Shown piece after piece: positions 26,701 to 40,400 of a stretch of 64,000 nucleotides of DNA (the stretch's first letter is position 1; each line of letters opens with the position of its first letter). Location of the stretch: NCBI RefSeq assembly GCF_009914755.1, contig NC_060941.1. One strand, given 5' to 3'. This DNA is from the human T2T-CHM13v2.0 reference genome, Homo sapiens. The notes under the pieces are model-generated. The model did no database searches and was not told the DNA's origin. It saw nothing but the letters and a program-made list of their open reading frames with translations. The translations under genes and the position numbers were made by a program.

Positions 26701-29700
26701 TCACATAAAAACTATACAGATGCATTCTCAGGAACTTTTTGGTGATGTTTGTATTCAACTCCCAGAGTTGAACTTTCCTTTGGAAAGAGCAGCTATGAAA
26801 CACTCTTTTTCTAGAATCTGCAAGTGGACGTTTGGAGGGCTTTGTGGTTTGTGGTGGAAAAGGAAATATCTTCACCTAAATACTAGATAGAAGCATTCTC
26901 AGAAACTGCTTTGTGATGATTGCATTCACCTCACAGAGTTGAACATTCCTATTGATAGAGCAGTTTGGAAACACTCTTGTTGTGGAATGTGCAAGTGGAG
27001 ATTTGGAGCGCTTTGAGGCCTATGGTAGTAAAGGGAATAGCTTCATAGAAAAACTAGACAGAAGCATTCTCAGAAAATACTTTGTGATGATTGAGTTTAA
27101 CTCACAGAGCTGAACATTCCTTTGGATGGAGCAGGTTTGAGACACACTTTTTGTAGAATCTACAAGTGGATATTTGGACCTCTCTGAGGATTTCGTTGGA
27201 AACGCGATAACTGCACCTAACTAAACGGAAGCATTCTCAGAAACTTCTTGGTGATGTTTGCATTCAAATCCCAGAGTTGAACCTTCCTGTGATAGTTCAG
27301 GTTTGAAACACTCTTTTTGTAGGATCTGCAAGTGGATATTTGGACCACTCTGTGGCCTTCGTTCGAAACGGGTACATCTTCACATAAAATCTAGACAGAA
27401 GCCTTCTCAGAAACTTCTCTGTGATGATTGCATTCAACTCACAGATTTGAACCCTCCTATGGATAGAGCATTGTTGAAACTCTCTTTTTGTGGAATCTGC
27501 AAGTGGATATGTGGACCTCTCCGAAGATGTCTTTGGAAACGGGAATATCTTCACATAAAAACTAAACAGAAGCATTCTCAGAAACTTCTCTGTGATGTTT
27601 GTGTTCAACTCCCAGAGTTTCACATTGCTTTTCATAGAGTAGTTCTGAAACATGCTTTTCGTAGTGTCTGCAAGTGGACATTTGGAGCGCTTTCAGGCCT
27701 GTGGTGGAAAACGAATTATGGTCCCATAAAAACTGGAGAGAAGCATTGTCAGAAACTTCTTTGTGATGATTGCATTCAACTCACAGAGATGAAGGTTCCT
27801 TTACAAACAGCAGTTTCCAAACACTCTTTCTGTGGAATCTGCAAGTGGATATTTGGACCTCTTTGAAGATTTCGTTGGAAACGGGAGAATCTTCACAGAA
27901 AAGCTAAACAGAAGCATTCTCAGAAACTTCTTTGTGATGCTTGCATTCAACTCACAGAGTTGAACTTTCCTTTCGAGAGAGAAGCTTTGAAACACTCTTT
28001 TTCCAGAATCTGCAAGTGGACATTTGGAGGGCTTTGAGGCCTGTGGTGGAAAAGGAATTAACTTCCCATAAAAGCTAGATAGAAGCATTCTCAGAAACTA
28101 CTTTGTGATGATTGCATTCAAGTCACAGAGTTGAACATTCCCTTTGACAGAGCAGTTTGGAAACTCTCTTTGTGTAGAATCTCCAAGTGGAGATATGGAC
28201 CGCTTTGAGGCCTATGGTAGTAAAGGAAATAGCTTCATATAAAAGCTAGACAGTAGCATTCACAGAAAACTCTTGGTGACGACTGAGTTTAACTCACAGA
28301 GCTGAACATTCCTTTGGATGGAGCAGTTTCGAAACACACTATTTGTAGAATGTGCAAGTGGATATTTGGGCCTCTCTGAGGATTTCGTTGGAAACGGGAT
28401 AAACCGCACAGAACTAAACAGAAGCATTCTCAGAACCTTCTTCGTGATGTTTGCATTCAACTCACAGTGTTGAACCTTTCTTTGATAGTTCAGGTTTGAA
28501 ACGGTCTTTCTGTAGAAACTGCAAGTAGATATTTGGACCTCTCTGAGGATTTCGTTGGAAACGGGATAAACCGCACAGAACTAAAACAGAAGCATTCTCA
28601 GAACCCTCTTCGTGATGTTTGCATTCAACTCACAGTGCTGAACCTTTCCTTGATAGTTCAGCTTTGAAACACTCTTCTTGTAGAAACTGCAAGTGGATAT
28701 TTGGTCCTCTCTGAGGATTTCGTTGGAAACGGGATAAACCGCACAGAACTAAACAGAAGCATTCTCAGAACCTTCTTCGTGATGTCTGCATTCAACTCAC
28801 AGTGTGGAACCTTTCTTTGATAGTTCAGGTTTGAAACACTCTTTTTGTAGAAACTGCAAGGGGATAATTGCACTTCTTTGAGGCCTACCGTAGTAAAGGA
28901 AATAACTTCCTATAGAAAGAAGACAGAAGCTTTCTCAGAAAATCCTTTGGGATGATTGAGTGGAACTCACAGAGCTGAACATTCCTTGCGATGTAGCAGT
29001 TTAGAAACACACTTTCTGCAGAATCTGCAAGTGCATATTTGGTCCTCTCTGAGGAATTCGTTGGAAACGGGATAATTTCAGCTGACTAAACAGAAGCAGT
29101 CTCAGAATCTTCTTTGTGATGTTTCCATTCAAATCCCAGAGTTGAACTTCCCTTTCAAAGTTCACGTTTGAAACACTCTTTTTGCAGGATCTACAAGTGG
29201 ATATTTGGACCACTCTGTGTCCTTCGTTCGAAACGGGTATATCTTCACATGACATCTAGACAGAAGCATTCTCAGAAGCTTCTCTGTGATGACTGCATTC
29301 AACTCACGGAGTTGAACACTCCTTTTGAGAGCGCAGTTTTGAAACTCTCTTTCTGTGGCATCTGCAAGGGGACATGTAGACCTCTTTGAAGATTTCGTTG
29401 GAAACGGAATCATCTTCACATAAAAACTATACAGATGCATTCTCAGGAACTTTTTGGTGATGTTTGTATTCAACTCCCAGAGTTGAACTTTCCTTTGGAA
29501 AGAGCAGCTATGAAACACTCTTTTTCTAGAATCTGCAAGTGGACGTTTGGAGGGCTTTGTGGTTTGTGGTGGAAAAGGAAATATCTTCACCTAAATACTA
29601 GATAGAAGCATTCTCAGAAACTGCTTTGTGATGATTGCATTCACCTCACAGAGTTGAACATTCCTATTGATAGAGCAGTTTGGAAACACTCTTGTTGTGG

Positions 29701-29946
29701 AATGTGCAAGTGGAGATTTGGAGCGCTTTGAGGCCTATGGTAGTAAAGGGAATAGCTTCATAGAAAAACTAGACAGAAGCATTCTCAGAAAATACTTTGT
29801 GATGATTGAGTTTAACTCACAGAGCTGAACATTCCTTTGGATGGAGCAGGTTTGAGACACACTTATTGTAGAATCTACAAGTGGATATTTGGACCTCTCT
29901 GAGGATTTCGTTGGAAACGCGATAACTGCACCTAACTAAACGGAAG

Positions 29947-32323
29947 CATTCTCAGAAACTTCTTGGTGATGTTTGCATTCAAATCCCAGAGTTGAACCTT
30001 CCTGTGATAGTTCAGGTTTGAAACACTCTTTTTGTAGGATCTGCAAGTGGATATTTGGACCACTCTGTGGCCTTCGTTCGAAACGGGTACATCTTCACAT
30101 AAAATCTAGACAGAAGCCTTCTCAGAAACTTCTCTGTGATGATTGCATTCAACTCACAGATTTGAACCCTCCTATGGATAGAGCAGTGTTGAAACTCTCT
30201 TTTTGTGGAATCTGCAAGTGGATATGTGGACCTCTCCGAAGATGTCTTTGGAAACGGGAATATCTTCACATAAAAACTAAACAGAAGCATTCTCAGAAAC
30301 TTCTCTGTGATGTTTGTGTTCAACTCCCAGAGTTTCACATTGCTTTTCATAGAGTAGTTCTGAAACATGCTTTTCGTAGTGTCTGCAAGTGGACATTTGG
30401 AGCGCTTTCAGGCCTGTGGTGGAAAACGAATTATGGTCCCATAAAAACTGGAGAGAAGCATTGTCAGAAACTTCTTTGTGATGATTGCATTCAACTCACA
30501 GAGATGAAGGTTCCTTTACAAACAGCAGTTTCCAAACACTCTTTCTGTGGAATCTGCAAGTGGATATTTGGACCTCTTTGAAGATTTCGTTGGAAACGGG
30601 AGAATCTTCACAGAAAAGCTAAACAGAAGCATTCTCAGAAACTTCTTTGTGATGCTTGCATTCAACTCACAGAGTTGAACTTTCCTTTCGAGAGAGAAGC
30701 TTTGAAACACTCTTTTTCCAGAATCTGCAAGTGGACATTTGGAGGGCTTTGAGGCCTGTGGTGGAAAAGGAATTAACTTCCCGTAAAAGCTAGATAGAAG
30801 CATTCTCAGAAACTACTTTGTGATGATTGCATTCAAGTCACAGAGTTGAACATTCCCTTTGACAGAGCAGTTTGGAAACTCTCTTTGTGTAGAATCTGCA
30901 AGTGGAGATATGGACCGCTTTGAGGCCTATGGTAGTAAAGGAAATAGCTTCATATAAAAGCTAGACAGTAGCATTCACAGAAAACTCTTGGTGACGACTG
31001 AGTTTAACTCACAGAGCTGAACATTCCTTTGGATGGAGCAGTTTCGAAACACACTATTTGTAGAATGTGCAAGTGGATATTTGGGCCTCTCTGAGGATTT
31101 CGTTGGAAACGGGATAAACCGCACAGAACTAAACAGAAGCATTCTCAGAACCTTCTTCGTGATGTTTGCATTCAACTCACAGTGTTGAACCTTTCTTTGA
31201 TAGTTCAGGTTTGAAACGGTCTTTCTGTAGAAACTGCAAGTAGATATTTGGACCTCTCTGAGGATTTCGTTGGAAACGGGATAAACCGCACAGAACTAAA
31301 ACAGAAGCATTCTCAGAACCCTCTTCGTGATGTTTGCATTCAACTCACAGTGCTGAAACTTTCTTTGATAGTTCAGCTTTGAAACACTCTTCTTGTAGAA
31401 ACTGCAAGTGGATATTTGGTCCTCTCTGAGGATTTCGTTGGAAACGGGATAAACCGCACAGAACTAAACAGAAGCATTCTCAGAACCTTCTTCGTGATGT
31501 CTGCATTCAACTCACAGTGTGGAACCTTTCTTTGATAGTTCAGGTTTGAAACACTCTTTTTGTAGAAACTGCAAGGGGATAATTGCACTTCTTTGAGGCC
31601 TACCGTAGTAAAGGAAATAACTTCCTATAGAAAGAAGACAGAAGCTTTCTCAGAAAATTCTTTGGGATGATTGAGTGGAACTCACAGAGCTGAACATTCC
31701 TTGCGATGTAGCAGTTTAGAAACACACTTTCTGCAGAATCTGCAAGTGCATATTTGGACCTCTCTGAGGAATTCGTTGGAAACGGGATAATTTCAGCTGA
31801 CTAAACAGAAGCAGTCTCAGAATCTTCTTTGTGATGTTTGCATTCAAATCCCAGAGTTGAACTTTCCTTTCAAAGTTCACGTTTGAAACACTCTTTTTGC
31901 AGGATCTACAAGTGGATATTTGGACCACTCTGTGTCCTTCGTTCGAAACGGGTATATCTTCACATGACATCTAGACAGAAGCATTCTCAGAAGCTTCTCT
32001 GTGATGACTGCATTCAACTCACAGAGTTGAACACTCCTTTTGAGAGCGCAGTTTTGAAACTCTCTTTCTGTGGCATCTGCAAGGGGACATGTAGACCTCT
32101 TTGAGGATTTCGTTGGAAACGGAATCATCTTCACATAAAAACTATACAGATGTATTCTCAGGAACTTTTTGGTGATGTTTGTATTCAACTCCCAGAGTTG
32201 AACTTTCCTTTGGAAAGAGCAGCTATGAAACACTCTTTTTCTAGAATCTGCAAGTGGACGTTTGGAGGGCTTTGTGGTTTGTGGTGGAAAAGGAAATATC
32301 TTCACCTAAATACTGGATAGAAG
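29947..32323 (+). repeat. 14-mer HOR variant (HOR12, 2,377 bp), lacks m15 and m16
   Basis: The m14 end (CACCTAAATACTGGATA) joins directly to the m1 start (GAAGCATTCTCAGAAACTTCTTGGTG) at about 32320; 338 bp shorter than standard. Confidence 0.95.
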
Positions 32324-35038
32324 CATTCTCAGAAACTTCTTGGTGATGTTTGCATTCAAATCCCACTGTTGAACCTTCCTGTGATAGTTCAGGTTTGAAA
32401 CACTCTTTTTGTAGGATCTGCAAGTGGATATTTGGATCACTCTGTGGCCTTCGTTCGAAACGGGTACATCTTCACATAAAATCTAGACAGAAGCCTTCTC
32501 AGAAACTTCTCTGTGATGATTGCATTCAACTCACAGATTTGAACCCTCCTATGGATAGAGCATTGTTGAAACTCTCTTTTTGTGGAATCTGCAAGTGGAT
32601 ATGTGGACCTCTCCGAAGATGTCTTTGGAAACGGGAATATCTTCACATAAAAACTAAACAGAAGCATTCTCAGAAACTTCTCTGTGATGTTTTTGTTCAA
32701 CTCCCAGAGTTTCACATTGCTTTTCATAGAGTAGTTCTGAAACATGCTTTTCGTAGTGTCTGCAAGTGGACATTTGGAGCGCTTTCAGGCCTGTGGTGGA
32801 AAACGAATTATGGTCCCATAAAAACTGGAGAGAAGCATTGTCAGAAACTTCTTTGTGATGATTGCATTCAACTCACAGAGATGAAGGTTCCTTTACAAAC
32901 AGCAGTTTCCAAACACTCTTTCTGTGGAATCTGCAAGTGGATATTTAGACCTCTTTGAAGATTTCGTTGGAAACGGGAGAATCTTCACAGAAAAGCTAAA
33001 CAGAAGCATTCTCAGAAACTTCTTTGTGATGCTTGCATTCAACTCACAGAGTTGAACTTTCCTTTCGAGAGAGAAGCTTTGAAACACTCTTTTTCCAGAA
33101 TCTGCAAGTGGACATTTGGAGGGCTTTGAGGCCTGTGGTGGAAAAGGAATTAACTTCCCGTAAAAGCTAGATAGAAGCATTCTCAGAAACTACTTTGTGA
33201 TGATTGCATTCAAGTCACAGAGTTGAACATTCCCTTTGACAGAGCAGTTTGGAAACTCTTTTTGTGTAGAATCTGCAAGTGGAGATATGGACCGCTTTGA
33301 GGCCTATGGTAGTAAAGGAAATAGCTTCATATAAAAGCTAGACGGTAGCATTCACAGAAAACTCTTGGTGACGACTGAGTTTAACTCACAGAGCTGAACA
33401 TTCCTTTGGATGGAGCAGTTTCGAAACACACTATTTGTAGAATGTGCAAGTGGATATTTGGGCCTCTCTGAGGATTTCGTTGGAAACGGGATAAACCGCA
33501 CAGAACTAAACAGAAGCATTCTCAGAACCTTCTTCGTGATGTTTGCATTCAACTCACAGTGTTGAACCTTTCTTTGATAGTTCAGGTTTGAAACGGTCTT
33601 TCTGTAGAAACTGCAAGTAGATATTTGGACCTCTCTGAGGATTTCGTTGGAAACGGGATAAACCGCACAGAACTAAAACAGAAGCATTCTCAGAACCCTC
33701 TTCGTGATGTTTGCATTCAACTCACAGTGCTGAACCTTTCTTTGATAGTTCAGCTTTGAAACACTCTTCTTGTAGAAACTGCAAGTGGATATTTGGTCCT
33801 CTCTGAGGATTTCGTTGGAAACGGGATAAACCGCACAGAACTAAACAGAAGCATTCTCAGAACCTTCTTCGTGATGTCTGCATTCAACTCACAGTGTGGA
33901 ACCTTTCTTTGATAGTTCAGGTTTGAAACACTCTTTTTGTAGAAACTGCAAGGGGATAATTGCACTTCTTTGAGGCCTACCGTAGTAAAGGAAATAACTT
34001 CCTATAGAAAGAAGACAGAAGCTTTCTCAGAAAATCCTTTGGGATGATTGAGTGGAACTCACAGAGCTGAACATTCCTTGCGATGTAGCAGTTTAGAAAC
34101 ACACTTTCTGCAGAATCTGCAAGTGCATATTTGGACCTCTCTGAGGAATTCGTTGGAAACGGGATAATTTCAGCTGACTAAACAGAAGCAGTCTCAGAAT
34201 CTTCTTTGTGATGTTTGCATTCAAATCCCAGAGTTGAACTTTCCTTTCAAAGTTCACGTTTGAAACACTCTTTTTGCAGGATCTACAAGTGGATATTTGG
34301 ACCACTCTGTGTCCTTCGTTCGAAACGGGTATATCTTCACATGACATCTAGACAGAAGCATTCTCAGAAGCTTCTCTGTGATGACTGCATTCAACTCACG
34401 GAGTTGAACACTCCTTTTGAGAGCGCAGTTTTGAAACTCTCTTTCTGTGGCATCTGCAAGGGGACATGTAGACCTCTTTGAAGATTTCGTTGGAAACGGA
34501 ATCATCTTCACATAAAAACTATACAGATGCATTCTCAGGAACTTTTTGGTGATGTTTGTATTCAACTCCCAGAGTTGAACTTTCCTTTGGAAAGAGCAGC
34601 TATGAAACACTCTTTTTCTAGAATCTGCAAGTGGACGTTTGGAGGGCTTTGAGGTTTGTGGTGGAAAAGGAAATATCTTCACCTAAATACTAGATAGAAG
34701 CATTCTCAGAAACTGCTTTGTGATGATTGCATTCACCTCACAGAGTTGAACATTCCTATTGATAGAGCAGTTTGGAAACACCCTTGTTGTGGAATGTGCA
34801 AGTGGAGATTTGGAGCGCTTTGAGGCCTATGGTAGTAAAAGGAATAGCTTCATAGAAAAACTAGACAGAAGCATTCTCAGAAAATACTTTGTGCTGATTG
34901 AGTTTAACTCACAGAGCTGAACATTCCTTTGGATGGAGCAGGTTTGAGACACACTTTTTGTAGAATCTACAAGTGGATATTTGGACCTCTCTGAGGATTT
35001 CGTTGGAAACGCGATAACTGCACCTAACTAAACGGAAG
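32324..35038 (+). repeat. 16-mer HOR13
   Basis: 2,715-bp step (ORF 32350 to 35065). Confidence 0.95.
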
Positions 35039-37415
35039 CATTCTCAGAAACTTCTTGGTGATGTTTGCATTCAAATCCCAGAGTTGAACCTTCCTGTGAT
35101 AGTTCAGGTTTGAAACACTCTTTTTGTAGGATCTGCAAGTGGATATTTGGACCACTCTGTGGCCTTCGTTCGAAACGGGTACATCTTCACATAAAATCTA
35201 GACAGAAGCCTTCTCAGAAACTTCTCTGTGATGATTGCATTCAACTCACAGATTTGAACCCTCCTATGGATAGAGCAGTGCTGAAACTCTCTTTTTGTGG
35301 AATCTGCAAGTGGATATGTGGACCTCTCCGAAGATGTCTTTGGAAACGGGAATATCTTCACATAAAAACTAAACAGAAGCATTCTCAGAAACTTCTCTGT
35401 GATGTTTGTGTTCAACTCCCAGAGTTTCACATTGCTTTTCATAGAGTAGTTCTGAAACATGCTTTTCGTAGTGTCTGCAAGTGGACATTTGGAGCGCTTT
35501 CAGGCCTGTGGTGGAAAACGAATTATGGTCCCATAAAAACTGGAGAGAAGCATTGTCAGAAACTTCTTTGTGATGATTGCATTCAACTCACAGAGATGAA
35601 GGTTCCTTTACAAACAGCAGTTTCCAAACACTCTTTCTGTGGAATCTGCAAGTGGATATTTGGACCTCTTTGAAGATTTCATTGGAAACGGGAGAATCTT
35701 CACAGAAAAGCTAAACAGAAGCATTCTCAGAAACTTCTTTGTGATGCTTGCATTCAACTCACAGAGTTGAACTTTCCTTTCGAGAGAGAAGCTTTGAAAC
35801 ACTCTTTTTCCAGAATCTGCAAGTGGACATTTGGAGGGCTTTGAGGCCTGTGGTGGAAAAGGAATTAACTTCCCGTAAAAGCTAGATAGAAGCATTCTCA
35901 GAAACTACTTTGTGATGATTGCATTCAAGTCACAGAGTTGAACATTCCCTTTGACGGAGCAGTTTGGAAACTCTCATTCTGTAGAATCTGCAAGTGGAGA
36001 TATGGACCGCTTTGAGGCCTATGGTAGTAAAGGAAATAGCTTCATATAAAAGCTAGACAGTAGCATTCACAGAAAACTCTTGGTGACGACTGAGTTTAAC
36101 TCACAGAGCTGAACATTCCTTTGGATGGAGCAGTTTCGAAACACACTATTTGTAGAATGTGCAAGTGGATATTTGGGCCTCTCTGAGGATTTCGTTGGAA
36201 ACGGGATAAACCGCACAGAACTAAACAGAAGCATTCTCAGAACCTTCTTCGTGATGTTTGCATTCAACTCACAGTGTTGAACCTTTCTTTGATAGTTCAG
36301 GTTTGAAACGGTCTTTCTGTAGAAACTGCAAGTAGATCTTTGGACCTCTCTGAGGATTTCGTTGGAAACGGGATAACCCGCACAGAACTAAAACAGAAGC
36401 ATTCTCAGAACCCTCTTCGTGATGTTTGCATTCAACTCACAGTGCTGAACCTTTCTTTGATAGTTCAGCTTTGAAACACTCTTCTTGTAGAAACTGCAAG
36501 TGGATATTTGGTCCTCTCTGAGGATTTCGTTGGAAACGGGATAAACCGCACAGAACTAAACAGAAGCATTCTCAGAACCTTCTTCGTGATGTCTGCATTC
36601 AACTCACAGTGTGGAACCTTTCTTTGATAGTTCAGGTTTGAAACACTCTTTTTGTAGAAACTGCAAGGGGATAATTGCACTTCTTTGAGGCCTACCGTAG
36701 TAAAGGAAATAACTTCCTATAGAAAGAAGACAGAAGCTTTCTCAGAAAATTCTTTGGGATGATTGAGTGGAACTCACAGAGCTGAACATTCCTTGCGATG
36801 TAGCAGTTTAGAAACACACTTTCTGCAGAATCTACAAGTGCATATTTGGACCTCTCTGAGGAATTCGTTGGAAACGGGATAATTTCAGCTGACTAAACAG
36901 AAGCAGTCTCAGAATCTTCTTTGTGATGTTTGCATTCAAATCCCAGAGTTGAACTTTCCTTTCAAAGTTCACGTTTGAAACACTCTTTTTGCAGGATCTA
37001 CAAGTGGATATTTGGACCACTCTGTGTCCTTCGTTCGAAACGGGTATATCTTCACATGACATCTAGACAGAAGCATTCTCAGAAGCTTCTCTGTGATGAC
37101 TGCATTCAACTCACGGAGTTGAACACTCCTTTTGAGAGCGCAGTTTTGAAACTCTCTTTCTGTGGCATCTGCAAGGGGACATGTAGACCTCTTTGAAGAT
37201 TTCGTTGGAAACGGAATCATCTTCACATAAAAACTATACAGATGCATTCTCAGGAACTTTTTGGTGATGTTTGTATTCAACTCCCAGAGTTGAACTTTCC
37301 TTTGGAAAGAGCAGCTATAAAACACTCTTTTTCTACAATCTGCAAGTGGACGTTTGGAGGGCTTTGTGGTTTGTGGTGGAAAAGGAAATATCTTCACCTA
37401 AATACTAGATAGAAG
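35039..37415 (+). repeat. 14-mer HOR variant (HOR14, 2,377 bp), lacks m15 and m16
   Basis: Same m14-to-m1 junction at about 37412-37429. Confidence 0.95.
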
Positions 37416-40400
37416 CATTCTCAGAAACTTCTTGGTGATGTTTGCATTCAAATCCCAGAGTTGAAGCTTCCTTTGATAGTTCAGGTTTGAAACACTCTTT
37501 TTGTAGGATCTGCAAGTAGATATTTGGACCACTCTGTGGCCTTCGTTCGAAACGGGTACATCTTCACATAAAATCTAGACAGAAGCCTTCTCAGAAACTT
37601 CTCTGTGATGATTGCATTCAACACACAGAGTTGAACCCTCCTATGGATAGAGCAGTGTTGAAACTCTCTTTTTGTGGAATCTGCAAGTGGATATGTGGAC
37701 CTCTCCGAAGATGTCTTTGGAAACGGGAATATCTTCACATAAAAACTAAACAGAAGCATTCTCAGAAACTTCTTGGTGATGTTTGTGTTCAACTCCCAGA
37801 GTTTCACATTGCTTTTCATAGAGTAGTTCTGAAACATGCTTTTCGTAGTGTCTGCAAGTGGACATTTGGAGCGCTTTCAGGCCTGTGGTGGAAAACGAAT
37901 TATGGTCCCATAAAAACTGGAGAGAAGCATTGTCAGAAACTTCTTTGTGATGATTGCATTCAACTCACAGAGATGAAGGTTCCTTTACAAACAGCAGTTT
38001 CCAAACACTCTTTCTGTGGAATCTGCAAGTGGATATTTGGACCTCTTTGAAGATTTCATTGGAAACGGGAGAATCTTCACAGAAAAGCTAAACAGAAGCA
38101 TTCTCAGAAACTTCTTTGTGATGCTTGCATTCAACTCACAGAGTTGAACTTTCCTTTCGAGAGAGAAGCTTTGAAACACTCTTTTTCCAGAATCTGCAAG
38201 TGGACATTTGGAGGGCTTTGAGGCCTGTGGTGGAAAAGGAATTAACTTCCCATAAAAGCTAGATAGAACCATTCTCAGAAACTACATTGTGATGATTGCA
38301 TTCAAGTCACAGAGTTGAACATTCCCTTTGACAGAGCAGTTTGGAAACTCTCTTTGTGTAGAATCTGCAAGTGGAGATATGGACCGCTTTGAGGCCTATG
38401 GTAGTAAAGGAAATAGCTTCGTATAAAAGCTAGACAGTAGCATTCACAGAAAACACTTGGTGACGACTGAGTTTAACTCACAGAGCTGAACATTCCTTTG
38501 GATGGAGCAGTTTCGAAACACACTATTTGTAGAATGTGCAAGTGGATATTTGGGCCTCTCTGAGGATTTCGTTGGAAACGGGATAAACCGCACAGAACTA
38601 AAAAGAAGCATTCTCAGAACCTTCTTCGTGATGTTTGCATTCAACTCACAGTGTTGAACCTTTCTTTGATAGTTCAGGTTTGAAACGGTCTTTCTGTAGA
38701 AACTGCAAGTAGATATTTGGACCTCTCTGAGGATTTCGTTGGAAACGGGATAAACCGCACAGAACTAAAACAGAAGCATTCTCAGAACCCTCTTCGTGAT
38801 GTTTGCATTCAACTCACAGTGCTGAACCTTTCTTTGATAGTTCAGCTTTGAAACACTCTTCTTGTAGAAACTGCAAGTGGATATTTGGTCCTCTCTGAGG
38901 ATTTCATTGGAAAAGGGATAAACCGCACAGAACTAAACAGAAGCATTCTCAGAACCTTCTTCGTGATGTCTGCATTCAACTCACAGTGTGGAACATTTCT
39001 TTGATAGTTCAGGTTTGAAACACTCTTTTTGTAGAAACTGCAAGGGGATAATTGCACTTCTTTGAGGCCTACCGTAGTAAAGGAAATAACTTCCTATAGA
39101 AAGAAGACAGAAGCTTTCTCAGAAAATTCTTTGGGATGATTGAGTGGAACTCACAGAGCTGAACATTCCTTGCGATGCAGCAGTTTAGAAACACACTTTC
39201 TGCAGAATCTGCAAGTGCATATTTGGACCTCTCTGAGGAATTCGTTGGAAACGGGATAATTTCAGCTGACTAAACAGAAGCAGTCTCAGAATCTTCTTTG
39301 TGATGTTTGCATTCAAATCCCAGAGTTGAACTTTCCTTTCAAAGTTCACGTTTGAAACACTCTTTTTGCAGGATCTACAAGTGGATATTTGGACCACTCT
39401 GTGTCCTTCGTTCGAAACGGGTATATCTTCACATGACATCTAGACAGAAGCATTCTCAGAAGCTTCTCTGTGATGACTGCATTCAACTCACGGAGTTGAA
39501 CACTCCTTTTCAGAGCGCAGTTTTGAAACTCTCTTTCTGTGGCATCTGCAAGGGGACATGTAGACCTCTTTGAAGATTTCTTTGGAAACGGAATCATCTT
39601 CACATAAAAACTATACAGATGCATTCTCAGGAATTTTTTGGTGATGTTTGTATTCAACTCCCAGAGTTGAACTTTCCTTTGGAAAGAGCAGCTATGAAAC
39701 ACTCTTTTTCTAGAATCTGCAAGTGGACGTTTGGAGGGCTTTGTGGTTTGTGGTGGAAAAGGAAATATCTTCACCTAAATACTAGATAGAAGCATTCTCA
39801 GAAACTGCTTTGTGATGATTGCATTCACCTCACAGAGTTGAACATTCCTATTGATAGAGCAGTTTGGAAACACTCTTGTTGTGGAATGTGCAAGTGGAGA
39901 TTTGGAGCGTTTTGAGGCCTATGGTAGTAAAGGGAATAGCTTCATAGAAAAACTAGACAGAAGCATTCTCAGAAAATAATTTGTGATGATTGAGTTTAAC
40001 TCACAGAGCTGAACATTCCTTTGGATGGAGCAGGTTTGAGACACACTTTTTGTAGAATCTACAAGTGGATATTTGGACCTCTCTGAGGATTTCGTTGGAA
40101 ACGCGATAACTGCACCTAACTAAACGGAAGCATTCTCAGAAACTTCTTGGTGATGTTTGCATTCAAATCCCAGAGTTGAACCTTCCTTTGATAGTTCAGG
40201 TTTGAAACACTCTTTTTGTAGGATCTGCAAGTGGATATTTGGACCACTCTGTGGCCTTCGTTCGAAACGGGTACATCTTCACATAAAATCTAGACAGAAG
40301 CCTTCTCAGAAACTTCTCTGTGATGATTGCATTCAACTCACAGAGTTGAACCCTCCTATGGATAGAGCATTGTTGAAACTCTCTTTTTGTGGAATCTGCA

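Larger units (their letters stand above)
82..29946 (+). repeat. Eleven consecutive full-length 16-mer HORs (HOR1-11)
   Basis: Unit starts 82, 2797, 5512, 8227, 10942, 13657, 16372, 19087, 21802, 24517, 27232; every step is exactly 2,715 bp, with only scattered substitutions. Confidence 0.97.

Noticed and set aside
29947-37415. 14-mers as the separate D17Z1-B 14-mer array
   Set aside because: Their monomers carry the same alleles as the neighbouring 16-mers and are simple m15+m16 deletions.
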